Of a stretch of DNA of 64,000 bases, positions 28,109-43,307 are shown piece by piece. The notes under the pieces were generated by a model. It searched no databases and was not told where the DNA came from. It worked only from the letters and a program-made list of their open reading frames with translations. Location of the stretch: contig CDLV01000008.1 in assembly GCA_001244265.2 (NCBI GenBank), forward strand, positions 1,860,001 through 1,924,000. The letters run 5' to 3'. Position numbers and translations under genes: made by a program. How positions within the stretch are numbered: the stretch's first letter is position 1; each line of letters opens with the position of its first letter. This stretch comes from Microbotryum violaceum. Taxonomy: Eukaryota.

Positions 28109-29291
28109 ATGCCAACGCTCTCAACAGTCTCTCGTTTCCTTCCCTCGTGGTCGACCGTCGTCGTCGGCTTCATCCTCAACTACGCGCTCAAGACGTCCAA
28201 CACCACCGTACACGCGCAATGGCTTCGTAGGGCCTTCTTCACTTTACTATGGCTCAACTGGAGGTCATTACCTTTCATTTGGCACATCGGTACGTCCGCA
28301 TCATACCTGAGTCGTTAGGGAAGTGTCTCACTCCGGTTAGGACTGAACCCCCGCCCCGTCCTCGCAGACCTCTTTGGTCAAATTCCTTTTTTACACCTTC
28401 GACTTCGTCTCTACGGCATAGACAAGGTATTCGCCATCGCCAAAGATCCCTTTGATACTAAAGTTATCACCAGGGGAACCGCTACTTGGGACGCTTCGGA
28501 TTGGAATATGCATCTCAGTAATTCATCTTATGCTAAAGCATGTGACGTAGCGAGGTTCAAGTGGTTATGTGACGTCGTAAGTTCCAACTCGGGTTTGGAA
28601 AAGGATGAGTATGTTTCTGATGGATGTTGATTGAATGGTTTTTTGGGGGGGGTTGGGGAATTTTAGGTTGGCCCGGCATTCGGTAGAGAGGATATTTGGT
28701 CCCCTTTGGCTCAAACGGCTTTTTATTTTCATCGCGAGATACCCATCTTTGCTTCGTACGAAATCGATGTACACGTTGTCGCTTGGGATGATAAATGGGT
28801 ACGTTTTCATTTCTGCATCTAGTTGCAATTCCGGAACTGATGGCCCCTAAACTGATCTTACTTTCGTCTCACTGCCCCCCTCCCACGTTTAGCTCTATTA
28901 CGTCTGCCGTTTCACCACACCTCCGAAGAATAAGAAAACTTCTTCCGAACGAACGCTCAATTGCGTCTCCCTTTGTCGATCATGTTTCAAGATGAGAGGA
29001 TCGAGACTTTCTATACCTCCCGCGCGCGTCTTGTCCATATCTGGTGTCGGTCCTGATCGGTCCAATTGGAATCGAGCGATGGGGTTGAGAGAAAAGGGGA
29101 AAGGGAAGGCTTGGTTGAAGTATGGTGGTGAATTGGCGGCTATGAAGGCGGGTAAGTTGGGTATGAATCATGTTTTGGTTGGGGAGGAAGGGTGGGATCA
29201 GGATGGTATGCAAGCTTTTGAAGAGAGGAGGAAGGAAGGTTTAAAAGTCGTAGAAAGGTTTGGGGATGTGAAAGGGTGGGAGAGCCTTTAG
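28109..29291 (+). CDS. HotDog-fold thioesterase, THEM6/4HBT-like (multi-exon)
   Basis: LNWRSLPFIWH, DWNMHLSNSSYAKACDVAR and FHREIPIFASYEIDVHVVAWDDKW motifs; introns with GT/AG. Confidence 0.82.
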
Positions 29292-29501
29292 AGAATGAGA
29301 GGGAACGGGGAATGGGAACTCTTGTTGGATGGGTGCGAGTCGAGTGGGAGTATAGACTATTTGATACCTAGAGTGCGCATATGTAATTCATTGCAGGATT
29401 CGTCTTTCCTGGGGTGCATACGGCCGCCGATACAGGGTACCGCTTTCGTACCAGTTCATACCAGTGGGAAGGACGAGGTGCGGGATTGATGTAGTCGTTC
29501 T

Positions 29502-32345
<2,844 letters not shown>

Positions 32346-33050
32346 TCAAGCGTCGGCTGCTCGGATGCTGCGAGGTGCGGAAGAAAGGGCAAATGCGGAA
32401 GGAACGGTGTGTGAGCTATTATACAGCTGTTGGGTGGGCCATGGAGATTGCGGGTATGGGACTGACTGGAGCACGTTGTTACACCTTTCAAGCAGCAGGC
32501 AGCAGGGTGGGTCGGGTCAGTCGCTGCGGGACTCGGCCATACGCGCGTATCGCGGACGGACGTACCGGATGAAGACCTCGCCTAGGGATCTTACACTGAG
32601 GCCATTTTGGCACTCTTCGGTATTCGCGAGCTGGGGTGGCCAGAATGGTGCGAGGTTGAAAGCCCAGACGGTCAGTGAGCAGTGCGCTTCCACAAACAGG
32701 GACGGGGCGGGGAGGCGAACGCAAACTCGTCCAGACGCGCACTGTGACATGGGCGATGTCGAGTGATCTCAACGTATGCATTTACACCCTGGCTCTGGCT
32801 CGATCTCGTTGTCTGCAATGTTCATTAACGTTTGGCACATTTAAACGCCTCATTCATGTGAGCCGAACTGACTCGGAAACTCGGTGCTGCATACCCGTTC
32901 CATGGTACGTTCTTAGTAATACTAGCTGACGCTGTCAGTCGGTGTTACTCCGTCAGAGGTTCAGGGACCCGTCGTCCCCTCCGGAGGCGCGTTAATCTAA
33001 CAGAACTGCTGATTTTCAATGTGAGGTAGCGCGCGGAGCGCGCCGCCGAA

Positions 33051-33130
33051 TCTAGTATATAACAAAAAACGTCGTCGAGACAGACCACGTGGCGTGACGT
33101 CATGGCGCGCTCCGCGCGCCGCCGCACTAG
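33051..33130 (+). mobile_element. 80-bp mini-Helitron-like element
   Basis: A|TCTAGTATATAAC start, GGCGCGC-TCC-GCGCGCC hairpin, CTAG|T end. The core AAAAACGTCGTCGAGACA..CCACGTGGCGTGACGTCAT is shared with 56002-56229. Confidence 0.6.
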
Positions 33131-33136
33131 TTTTTA

Positions 33137-35040
33137 CCCTAACTAGTAAAAAAAAAGTGAGTTAAGGAATGTACCTAAAATCGCTGTTTTTGACTAGGTT
33201 GCGGCCCGGAGGGCCGCCTGTGGTGGATGTACCAGCATACTGTTGTGTCTGCCGCACCTGCCTGTGGTGTCTGGGTTCCGATCAAAAGTCATGTACAAGC
33301 CCTGTGGTGACTTTTGTATTTTCCGCGCCGTTCCAACGAAGCTACAGCGCTCCCAGTATCTTCCTTCTTTTTTTTCGCTGACATAAAACAATGCTTCCAC
33401 TCATATGGTATTTAATGAACCGCAAGCGCGTGGCTTTGCATAATATTGCTTCTACAGCAGAGCTCTGCCTGACGCGCGAGGCGAGGGCTGGCGTTTGTCA
33501 CGTGATGCGGTGCGCCGGCGGTGGAGTGTCATTCCGGCAGTCGACCAGCGGCATTAGGGGCTGAACAACAAATCAAACCACGTAAATAATCCTGCGCCAC
33601 TCCTCGAACCTTTCCTTTCTCCCTCTCACTCTCATCCAATTTTAGTGACACTCATTCAAGAACAAACCCTCGCTGCTATGTCCCGGTCCCAAGGTCGCCA
33701 GGAACTCAGGGAGGGCCATCGCAACCTCGCCAAGTCTTGGGCGCGAGGGTAGCGCCGTACCACGGGCTGCCATGGGCCTGCTCGAGCGCCCGCTGCTGGG
33801 CGCCCCGCGGCTCGACCCTCCTCTTCGTCCCGCTCCGATCAACAGAATCAGCCCCCGGCGCGTCATGACAACAATTCAACCGATCTTGGCATTGCGACAC
33901 GTATGCGAGCCCGCCGTGGTCAGGGCGATGGCCAACTCGACGCTGGGCTCGCCCACCAACCACCTCCGCAAAGGCGAGTGCGCCGGGCTCGAATCGCGCT
34001 CAAACCCCTCAAGCCCACGTTTCGATCCGCGACGACCTCGGCCCGCAGACGGCCGTGTGCACCCACTGCAAGGCTCGGCATTGGGAACTAGGACCCCCGT
34101 GTTTCGCGTGTTTGGTCGCCTCTACCATCGACTCGGCGCCCTGATCCCTGCCGTGAATCAATGCCCAGCCTTTGCCCAGACATGGCTGATCGACCCGGCC
34201 GAGGCCACCAACACCCGACTTCAAGGACCCGACAGCGCAGAGACTCGCATACAAAGATCAACGCTGACCAAGCTCGAGTCCATGTTGCGCACCGGCAATT
34301 GCTTTGTGAGGGAGTTCGCATCGGCCAAAGGCCGCGCGGGTTGGGATACAGCCAAAGAGTGGGTCCTGCGCCTCTGTCTGCCACCAGGCCGAGACCGACG
34401 CACCCACAACCTTCCTACGTCAAGCTCGGAAACGGCGATGCTTATCTGCGATTCCGACACCAACACGGGAGATCGTGGACCGCAAGACCTTATTCTCCAG
34501 GTGCACGATGATCGATGTCCCGATGGTCGGCCCAAGTACCAAGTCGTTAGATCGCTCCATCCGTCCGCGATGCCTCTCCGTTACCCACTACTTTTTCCTG
34601 CAGGGGAGGATGGCTTCCACCCCAACATTCCTCTTTGCGGGTTCCACCAAGCCGGGCCGCCAGTCGCCAGAAACCGAGAGCAGATCGACAATGGTGTCCA
34701 ATTGCGCGAGGTACTTGCCGGTCTTGGTCTGGATGACGAAGACGAACAGGAAGACAAAGACCGCGACAATGAGAATGAAGACGGCGAGGAAGGGGACGAA
34801 GAGGATGGTGATGGCGAACGTATGCGTCTTCGGGTCTTTCTCTGAGGCTCCATTCTGTCTAAGGCGCAAGCACAGACTGACATTGAACTTTTGAACACAT
34901 AGGAGAGTCTCGCGTTCACACTCATTTGCGTACTACTTGCACAAACGCGACGAGTACCTCTCAATCCCGCATTGCACCCAACGTCATTTCCTGGAGTTTG
35001 TGATTGACAGATTCCCAAGTCGAGACCGATCAACTCCACA
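33137..35040 (+). mobile_element. Helitron derivative, copy 2 (3'-truncated); carries ORF 33772-34845
   Basis: RepHel N-terminal motifs as in copy 1. Near-identical in reverse complement to 56774-58512. No 3' hairpin/CTRR of the family is visible. Confidence 0.85.
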
Positions 35041-35948
35041 CGTCCGGTATGGCGGCAAAGCTTCGCCGGTGCACTCTTGAGGACTTAATGCAAGGAACCT
35101 GTAAGGTTCGGCAGTCAAAGGCAGGTAAATGAAAGGGAAGTCAGGCAATTCGGTCCAAAGTTAAGCTTGAACATACTGGATGGCTGCCGAACCTTGCACT
35201 TGAGAGCGGAGCTCCTGGCACTGTCGTCCCCGGCCTGGTTCACTGGTGGGCATAGTTTAGTCCTTGAGCGTCAGACAGGCAGACAGGCGGAATTGGTGGT
35301 GTTAGAGAGTCTTATCTCTTAAATTGACGCACATTCCCCTCAAGTGCTGTGGTCAGTCGTTGGTCGCCCATTGTAGGCGATATAGCCAGAAACGGGAGCC
35401 AAATCCGCAGGCCCAGCTCAGACCAAATTGAAACCGATCTCAAACCGATTCCGAGTCAGAGCGGCGGTTGAGTCAGGAGTATTCAGACCATTCTGGCGGA
35501 GCTCAGCGGCATATTACAGCCTGTTGGGTGTCACTTTCACCGGCGCGTCTGGTATCCTGCTGTATCACCTACGAGATGCTGGATTACGCGGGGTCAGACC
35601 GCATCAGGCTGAGCTCTTCGATAGCCTTAGACTCGACTGAGCGCGCCTTGGGGGGGTCCAACGTTTTCACGCCGGTTTCTCGCTATGAAGATGAATAAGA
35701 GACTGACGAGTGTGTAATACAGCCATCATTTAATTGCAGATGTTAGTAGCCGTAGTGCTACCTGTTCGTACTGGCACGTGCGTGTAATCGGCGCGCATTG
35801 CCAGGCTTCACTGCTTAAAAAACGGCGCGAGGTTCTGGTCAAACAGCAAATGGCCGCCTTCTTGCTAACCCTTATTCCACAGCACACCAAATATATGTAG
35901 CTCGTATAACTTTCGTGGGCGTCCAGACGACCGTTTCAGTAGACCGAC

Positions 35949-37406
35949 TCACGACCCCGCCGACGAGCGCCTGCCGGCCTTCTCGGCGGCCATTGTTCGG
36001 AGGCTCGAGAACGTCTTGCAGTTCCTGAAGGCTCCCGAATATGGAGCACGGGGTGTGTAATGGTCGCCTTGATGAAACTTTTTCTTGGTCGAGCCCTGAT
36101 AGTAGATGCCCGAGGGCAGAGGGGATCCATCCCCTTCGCACGAGGTGAAACCGGGCGCAAAGGATCCGGGATCATTCCACCGACTACCCATCTCGTCATC
36201 TTCACCCCAGATAAAGATAGGAAAACCGGATTCAGGGGTAGGACTCTTGATAAGTGCTTATGGGCCGAGGGCTAAGGCATGACCGGCTCACATATGTGGG
36301 GGCACCATTCCTGGTTCGCTTTGGCATCGTCGGAGGTGCATACTCGGAGGCTGAGCTCGGTGTCGGAAATGAATTGGTGCCATTCAAATACTTCGAGAGT
36401 GTGAAAATATATGAAGGTCAGTCACTGTAGCCTCCGAACCGAACGTTGGGGCGGCAGACGATGCCCCACCTTGTTGTCCGTTGGCGTATACGAGACCGCC
36501 GATAGGATTTCCTACACCTGCAGAAGTGGGCAGTACCTGTCAGTAGACAGTAGTTTTTTTTTTAGTTTTTTTTAATTAACCCAAGCTTGAGTCCTTACCT
36601 GTAGCTCCGTGCGGGTCAAGCTCGCCCCCCTGAGAGGTGAGCACACATTTGATCAGCCTTTGGAAATTGTTGATCGGCTGCGCAGGTCCCGCTCACCTCG
36701 TCTGCGCGCTTGACGTTCACTCGGGTAAAGTCGCCAATCGCCGTAAGCTGGGTGTAATGAGGAGTGACCAAGTAGTCTGTGCAACGAAGTGAAGTGAGGA
36801 GTGAGTGCCATTCTGGTAGTAGCGGTTGCAGTGCTGCGTGTGGAGCTCGACCCACGAGCCCCTTTGAAAATGTCCGCAGAAACCGTTCGAGTTCCGTAGC
36901 CAGTCTTTAGGCAGAAAGAGACCTGACATACGAAGAGAACAGAACTCCTATTCAGCTTCCGTTTAGTCGCTTAGCCTGAGCAACTGAAACCTGCTCACCA
37001 CTTTTGCTTCCGTGTCACCAATCGTCGAGCCCGCTTTCGGAGGTGCAAAAAAGCAGAAATCGTCCAGAGAGTTGAGGAATACGTTTTGGCACATCGACGT
37101 CTGCGAGCTCATTGTACCGCATCGATTGGTTCTGTCGGGTCGAGGACAGGTTTCCCGCGCCCGTACGGTGAGTAATGGAGACTCAAAGGAGGCGGCGACC
37201 ACTTCACAGGGTCATCATTGCCTTACCCTGTCTGCCCTTTCTGACTCGTCTTTGGCAGGTTCTTGAGAGAGTAATTGTCGGCAGCTAGAGGGGACTCGTG
37301 TGTTTAGCCAGACCCTCGCTTGTTCAATTGCGACCCGAAAGCACTCGCCTACGACAGCGTGGGCCGCGATTCCCAAGACAACGAGATCCCGGCAGCACAC
37401 GCGCAT
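35949..37406 (-). CDS. Secreted MP88/macrophage-activating-glycoprotein-like protein (many short exons)
   Basis: Spliced product ...GQTGTNRCG...CQNVFLNSLDDFCFFAPP...IGDTEAKVVSFCLKTGYGTR...GGELDPHGATGVGNPIGGLV...EWHQFISDTE...CPHI-DEMG.RWN.PG...CEGD, the motif series of Cryptococcus MP88-type proteins. Hydrophobic N-terminus. Confidence 0.8.
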
Positions 37407-37729
37407 GGTGATGGAGCAGGTCAGATGCTTGGCGAAAGGGTGTCAGAAGATTAAGAGGTACCGAGAATTCCACTGGAAAGAGAGGAGCCCGGGAGAGGTC
37501 ATGTGCGGCGGACGTCGGCGGGCGTGGCTCGATGGACATCTCGCGAGGCCCTCCGCCTGGATCCACCGCCCGTCCGCGCGGACGGAGGCAAGATATCCGC
37601 CACACCATAATTTATGCTCGCCTAGCGCCGATATCACAAGACTGTACATGCATGAACTGGAAAGAAGTGGGCGTACACCCGATAATGGTCTCGTTACGGA
37701 CAAAATCTGCCCATAGCGACGCTGGGCAT

Positions 37730-40030
37730 TCACTGTGGCTTCTGCGGGGGGTTGCCCTCTGCCCGGGCCGCCTTCTCTTGGAGGGACGCCTCGAGGTCCG
37801 CTACTTGGAGATTAACATCGGCAAAGTCAACGACACCCTCCTGCCAGTACTTTACCCGCACTCCCGTCATGTACGAATAGGTGGATCGTTCTGTCCCGAC
37901 GAAACCCGATCCTCCCGCCAAGATGGCCATGTCGAGCACCGTCGGCCACCAGGCCCCTTTGGTCTCTATGGTGCGCATCGCATCGTGGTCGACAACTTTC
38001 CAACCCAAGTCACGAATCTGGCGCACGAGGTCGCTGTCCATATCTTCGTCGGTCGTCGCGACAATGGGGAAGTTGACCACCACGTTGGAGCGTGATCGCG
38101 GCGTAAAGTGGCTCTTGCCTGGTGACGTCCACGACGAAGGGTCGTCAATGCGCAACTGGAGTTTGGCTTGCACGCGCTTGATAGCCGCGAGGTAGCCTTC
38201 GAGCTTGGTGTACCCACCGGCAAAGGCGGCAAAGTCGCCTCGACGAAGGTGTACCGAGAGGTATGGTGGGATCTCCTTCGGCGAGGTGACGTCAAACAGT
38301 CGCGCAAGGTACTGGTCGACCGTATCGCGTACCTCATCGTTGAAATGGATGTGCTGACCGACCTCTTTCCAGGTGAGGTCCTCTCCGGTGAGGCGGGGCT
38401 CCGGCACCACGCCGCTTGCCGAACCTGACAGGCCTTGCTCGACCTCCGCGGCCGCGTCCTCAGGGAACTCGATCGCGCCGAGAAACATGGTGTTGTCGAA
38501 GCACAGGACCTTGTCGTTGGGCTTGGCCCCCGATGCTGGGTTAAACATGTACTTGGTGTTGTTTCCGCGACCTCGAAGGTCCGTGACGGGCAGGGTTGCC
38601 TGCGTCTCGTTCTGAGGGAGCATCTCACGCTGGACCTTGTCGAGCCAAGTCGAGCGCGCGAGCTGGTCAAAGTCGAACAGCCGCATGGCATCAAAGGCAA
38701 TGTCTTGGCCCCCGCTGGCCTTGGTCAGGGGTGGTAATGCCCACAAGTTGGTAACAAAGCCGTGGTGGAAGAGAGTATGCTCGAAGGCGTTGGCGTAGCC
38801 GACGACCGCCTCCTGGACCGACCAGCACCCCTATTTCAGACAAAGTAACCTCGGGATCAGGCCGCCGAATCTAATGGTGTTCAAGGGGCGGTCCTCCTAA
38901 ACCAACTACAAATCTTACAATCTCTTCATTCGGTGGATCTTGCCAGTTGCTGTGCCCGGGCTTAATCCCCGACATGACGAAAGCGGGAATCCCCGTTTCC
39001 CGGTAGAACCGGTTGAGGTCGTAAAACTCGGTGAAATCCGCGGGGTAGCCAACAAAGTGGTCGGGAATCATGGTAGGACTGCAATGGAGATACGCATGTT
39101 TAACATATGGCGCGAATCAGCAATTCAGGTTTGCTCCCACTCACATAATTGGCACCCGACTGGTGATTCTAGCAAGGTAGAGCAACTTTTGGATACCGAG
39201 CATTTGGTTGGCTGGGCCCAGAAGGAAGCCTGGTTACATTGGGATCTGTGCAAGGACTGCGCCACTTTCGCCATTCACAATGACCACCATAGGTGAAAGC
39301 GGTGAGGTACCGCCGCCCCGGTCGTAACTGACCCCAAAACTTCGCTTGCGGTGTCGCGTGGGTGAAATACTGTGGTGCCGAGAGGAGGAGGGGTCAGCGA
39401 GGAGGAGACGCTTTCATGGGGCCGCCGTCTCTTGAGGACACTGACGTGGAGCTTGCTCGGTCCCCGGTGTTCCTGGTCAGCGGTTGCGACGTTTCTGCTG
39501 CCAGAGCCCCTCAACACCGATCCTTCGGTCGGATTGCTGGCCGTAGTACTAGCCGCTCCTGCTCCCACTCCTCGGCCCAGCATCGCAGCGAGTGGATCTG
39601 GCATTGCGGCCCAAAGACTATTCCACGCGGCGTGATAGTCTTGCACAAGATCGCTTTCGTTACGCTCCCCGAGGAGAATGAAGCAGCAGGCGAGCACTAC
39701 GATCGTGACGAGCAGAAGAAGCACTCTGGATTCCGACGTGCCGAGGCGAAGGATTCTCCTCAAAGTTATCTGCCGGCCGCTCGATCTCGGCCGTCGATAC
39801 GGCGATTCATCTGGGGACCCAGGGATGTATGGGAGATTCGTGACCTGGGGAAGGTTGAGCAGGGTTGCTGAAGAGTCGACTGAGTTTCCCATGCGAGCCT
39901 GGAAACCTAGTCGCGGTGTAGCGCCGCCGGCGCGGGGCATGTGGGGCGATTTGCTCGCGGTGGCGTGACTCGGGTCCGCCGAGGGGTCGGTGATGATCTC
40001 GACCGCTGCGTGGGCGAAGTGGCGTTCCAT
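37730..40030 (-). CDS. O-fucosyltransferase-like (O-FucT) type II membrane glycosyltransferase
   Basis: TM segment VLLLLVTIVVLACCFILLG; motifs GPANQ, YLSVHLRRGDF, VATTDE and DMAILAGGSGFVGTERSTYS. Start ATG uncertain. Confidence 0.72.
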
Positions 40031-41159
40031 CCAGGTGACTTGAGTCGCGTTGTCGGACTGACAGGAGGAGCTTCGAGGCAATGCGCTGTGCACTGAGCGG
40101 GGATGTACACTGAGCGGGGACGGGGGAGCGGGGTAACGCTGGGCGTGGCCGCTGGGAGTCGTGCTGCGATGTGGGAAGACTTCGGAGACGGAGCTTCGGG
40201 ATCGTGTCGAGTCGGCTCGGCAAGTGGCACGATGAGGTTCGACGATACAGACGAGGGTAAGGCAGTAGCGGACGATGTCAGTGTCGAAGTAGATGGATGA
40301 GCAAGTACAGCCGCTACTTCGGGACTCGGTGTGCTACCAAACACTCATACCTCTGACTGGAGCGTGAGATTGCAAGGCACCCGAGAAGCTCTCCTAGCTG
40401 TTCGCAGAACCGGACCGGGGGTCTCTGCTAGCTCTGCGCTGCTCCTGCGCGTCGCTCGAACAGGAAGGCGACGACTCCGAGTCCGGGCGGTGCGGGCGGC
40501 TGGACCATCCTTAAACGGGTGCTTAAACGGAATTAGGCTAAGCGCTTTCGTCCGTCGCCGATCAATTCCTCAGCGGTCCTTCAGAGGTGGAGAGGAGGTG
40601 GTTGCGACATCTGGAACCTGATAAGTGATGGCTGGTTGACTTTTCAGTCGCTGCATGTCGGCCCTCGGAGGGACCTGGTTGCGAGCTCGGAGCGTTGGCC
40701 ACAGAGCACAGAGTGCGCTCGGACGGCTTGCCTCGACGGCCGGCTGCGGCTAAACTTGCCCAGCCGGTGCTTGATTATTCTTTACCGCGAGACACTCCCC
40801 AAAGCGTAGCCTGAAACGCATCTTTATCTTTGGACGTCTCCTGGGTTGGTAACCTCGATGATCGAGGCCTATAAGACCCCTGTCCCACTGTTGCTAGTAC
40901 CCGCGGGCCTTCTGGATCGCCGAATCGAGAGGAGTGAAATAGGTTCACAGTATCTCAATCATCGCATGCACGGATACATTACACTGTATGAGAAGTAAAG
41001 AAGAGGAATGTTTTCACCGCTCAGACTGAAAACGCAAGAGTCGACATTGTCTCCAGTGCAATGCCTGGGGAATCAGGCGTTCACCGCGAATTCGACGACT
41101 CAGTGCGCTCAAAGGTTTCACCTCGGCTGGCGCTGACCAACCCGGGGGAGTCGTTGGTT

Positions 41160-41303
41160 CTTTTTGTCCAGAGCTGGCAGAAGTAACTGGCGCGCTCCTC
41201 TTTTTTTTGTCCATAGTTTTGTCGCAGACTGCTGTCGGCCCGACCACCCCGGACCCGCGACACGTCTGCCCCCGAGCAGGCTTCCACACGTGTATGCAAG
41301 TTT
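41160..41303 (+). repeat. Short dispersed repeat, copy A
   Basis: Shares TTTTGTCCAGA, CTGGC.GAAG, GGCGCGC, TTTTTGTCCATAGTT, TTTTGTCG.AGAC, CGAGCAG.CTTCC and AAGTTT in order with 59476-59593. Confidence 0.75.
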
Positions 41304-41520
41304 CAAGTTTAAATCATAGTTCCAGCTATTCTTTGTTCAAAGACAGAATTTGACAAACGCTAGATCCGCTGGACCACCAAATCCTCTACCATATATCGAG
41401 CATCCTTCACCTCTTCCCCAGACCCTAGAGCAGCTGCAAGCCTCTCCAAGTCGCTTCGCGTCCGGCTCACGTGACGTGTTGCTCCCCCACCCCGATCTCC
41501 CCTCACCTAGCACCGCCGCC

Positions 41521-42769
41521 CTGGCCTCCGTCATCGCCTGCCTTGGGTCCTTGTTCACGTTTACATCGGTTCTGAGGATCGAGGACCATCCGACTGCGCC
41601 GCCGACGCGAGCTGGTACACCGGCGACGCTCGCTTGTGGCAACCCAGCCACGTCATCGGCACCAAACACCGTAAAGGACTGTATCTTTTGTGGCGTGACG
41701 AAGAGCAATTCTGCCTTCAAAGTGGTGTACGAGGTCAGTCTTAGCTGTAATATGAAGTGGTGCGCCCATCTGCAGCGCTGACACGCGGATGCGATGCGAT
41801 CGTAGGACAACGAGTTTGTCGTGTTCAGAGATCGATCACCGGGCAGCAAGGTGCATCTGCTCGCGATACCCAAATCACATGTCGGTGAGTTTGACGTTGC
41901 ATACGGAGCCCAGACCTTTGAGATCCTAATGTCGACTTTCTCTCAGACAATGTCAAGGTGCTTTTGAGGGAGGACCTGGCCTTTGGTTCGTCTGCCTAGT
42001 ATGCTGTCGCGACACCCAGTGCGACTGTATCAGCGCACCCTGACGGCCTTGAAGAACTCTACAATAGTGGAACGGATAAAGGCGGTCGGGCACGTAGCGC
42101 TGCAACAAGCCGGCGTGGCACCCCATCAGCGGAGGTTTGTTCGAGTTCGCATGTGCAGCTTAGCCGGTGGCCCAGACACAGAGACTGATCAACGAGAGTG
42201 TCGATGCCCGTTACAGGCTCGGCTTCCATATACCACCGTACGTCAAGTTCATTTGAGTAGATTCATTTGAGATTGTAGATAGGCGCTGATCTTGGCTTCC
42301 CGATAGATTCTTCTCGGTGAGGTCTCGCCGAACTTTTGTCCCTCGACGGGCCACGGCGTACTGATAGAAGCCCCCGCTCTGTTGGGGAAGTACAGGTCAA
42401 TCATCTGCATCTACACTTGCTATCAACACCTCTTCCTTTCCCCGGGTCATTCAAATACCGCCCTGCAATCCCCAAAGCCACAACTGCTCACGCAGCACAG
42501 TTGGGCACCCATCTGATTAAAGTGAAGGGGCTCAGTTGGTTCGTCGAGGTTGATCAGGTTAGTCGGAGAAGTTGCTCGGAGTATGTAAGCAGCTGTCTGA
42601 AGTGCTCACATCAGACAAGGGTCCATCCTACCCCGGATTACTCCAGGTGCTGAGAATCTTGGCGGCAGGCGAACGAGTCAAAGTGGGGGCGGTCAAGATC
42701 CGACTCGCCGCTCAGGGTACTACCTATGGGGCACAATCTAATCAAGAGAGAGCAGTGAGACCATCTTGA
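41521..42769 (+). CDS. HIT-family protein (HINT3-like), multi-exon; start codon apparently CUG
   Basis: DCIFC, FRDRSPGSKVHLLAIPKSH, LGFHIPP and VNHLHLH histidine triad. No ATG upstream. Confidence 0.82.
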
Positions 42770-43307
42770 GACACATCTCTGCAGAGCTCTTGGACTAGGT
42801 TATGGATAATGTGATGAGTCGCCTTCGCTGGCCGCCCCACCTGTTCGGAGTGGGCAAGATAGCCAATTCGACCAACGCGAACGTGTTGGATCCAATAGTG
42901 CTCTACAATTTTCAATATGGAATCAATGATTGGGAGATGTCCGGTACCATTCGCGTGGTGCCACGAATTGGCAAAAGTCGGCTAACCCCACCTCCACAAT
43001 CTCTTGCCGCCGGCTCTCGGCCTCTTACCTACCCAGCTGGTGCTGAAAGCATACCTGTACAACCCAACCTTCGGCAGTGGTGGTGGAAGCAGGGATATTC
43101 CCTCAAGCCACGGTGAAACGTGAACGCCACCCGCACGTGGCCACTGTCAGGTCGGGACTGATTTGGGGATTCGTTCAACTCGATTTGGCACTACTTGGCA
43201 ACGCGCTCAGCTCGTATTCGACGCGACTGAACTGGACTTGGACGGATTGCACCACGCCCACTCGGGCACACGCCCTTCATCACTGTACGAGCACATCGGA
43301 TCCGGTC

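Noticed and set aside
35095-36602. Apparent insertion with ACCTGT 6-bp TSD and AAGG...CCTT ends
   Set aside because: The right-hand motif is an exon end and intron donor (GTAAGG) of the MP88-like gene, which continues across the supposed boundary.
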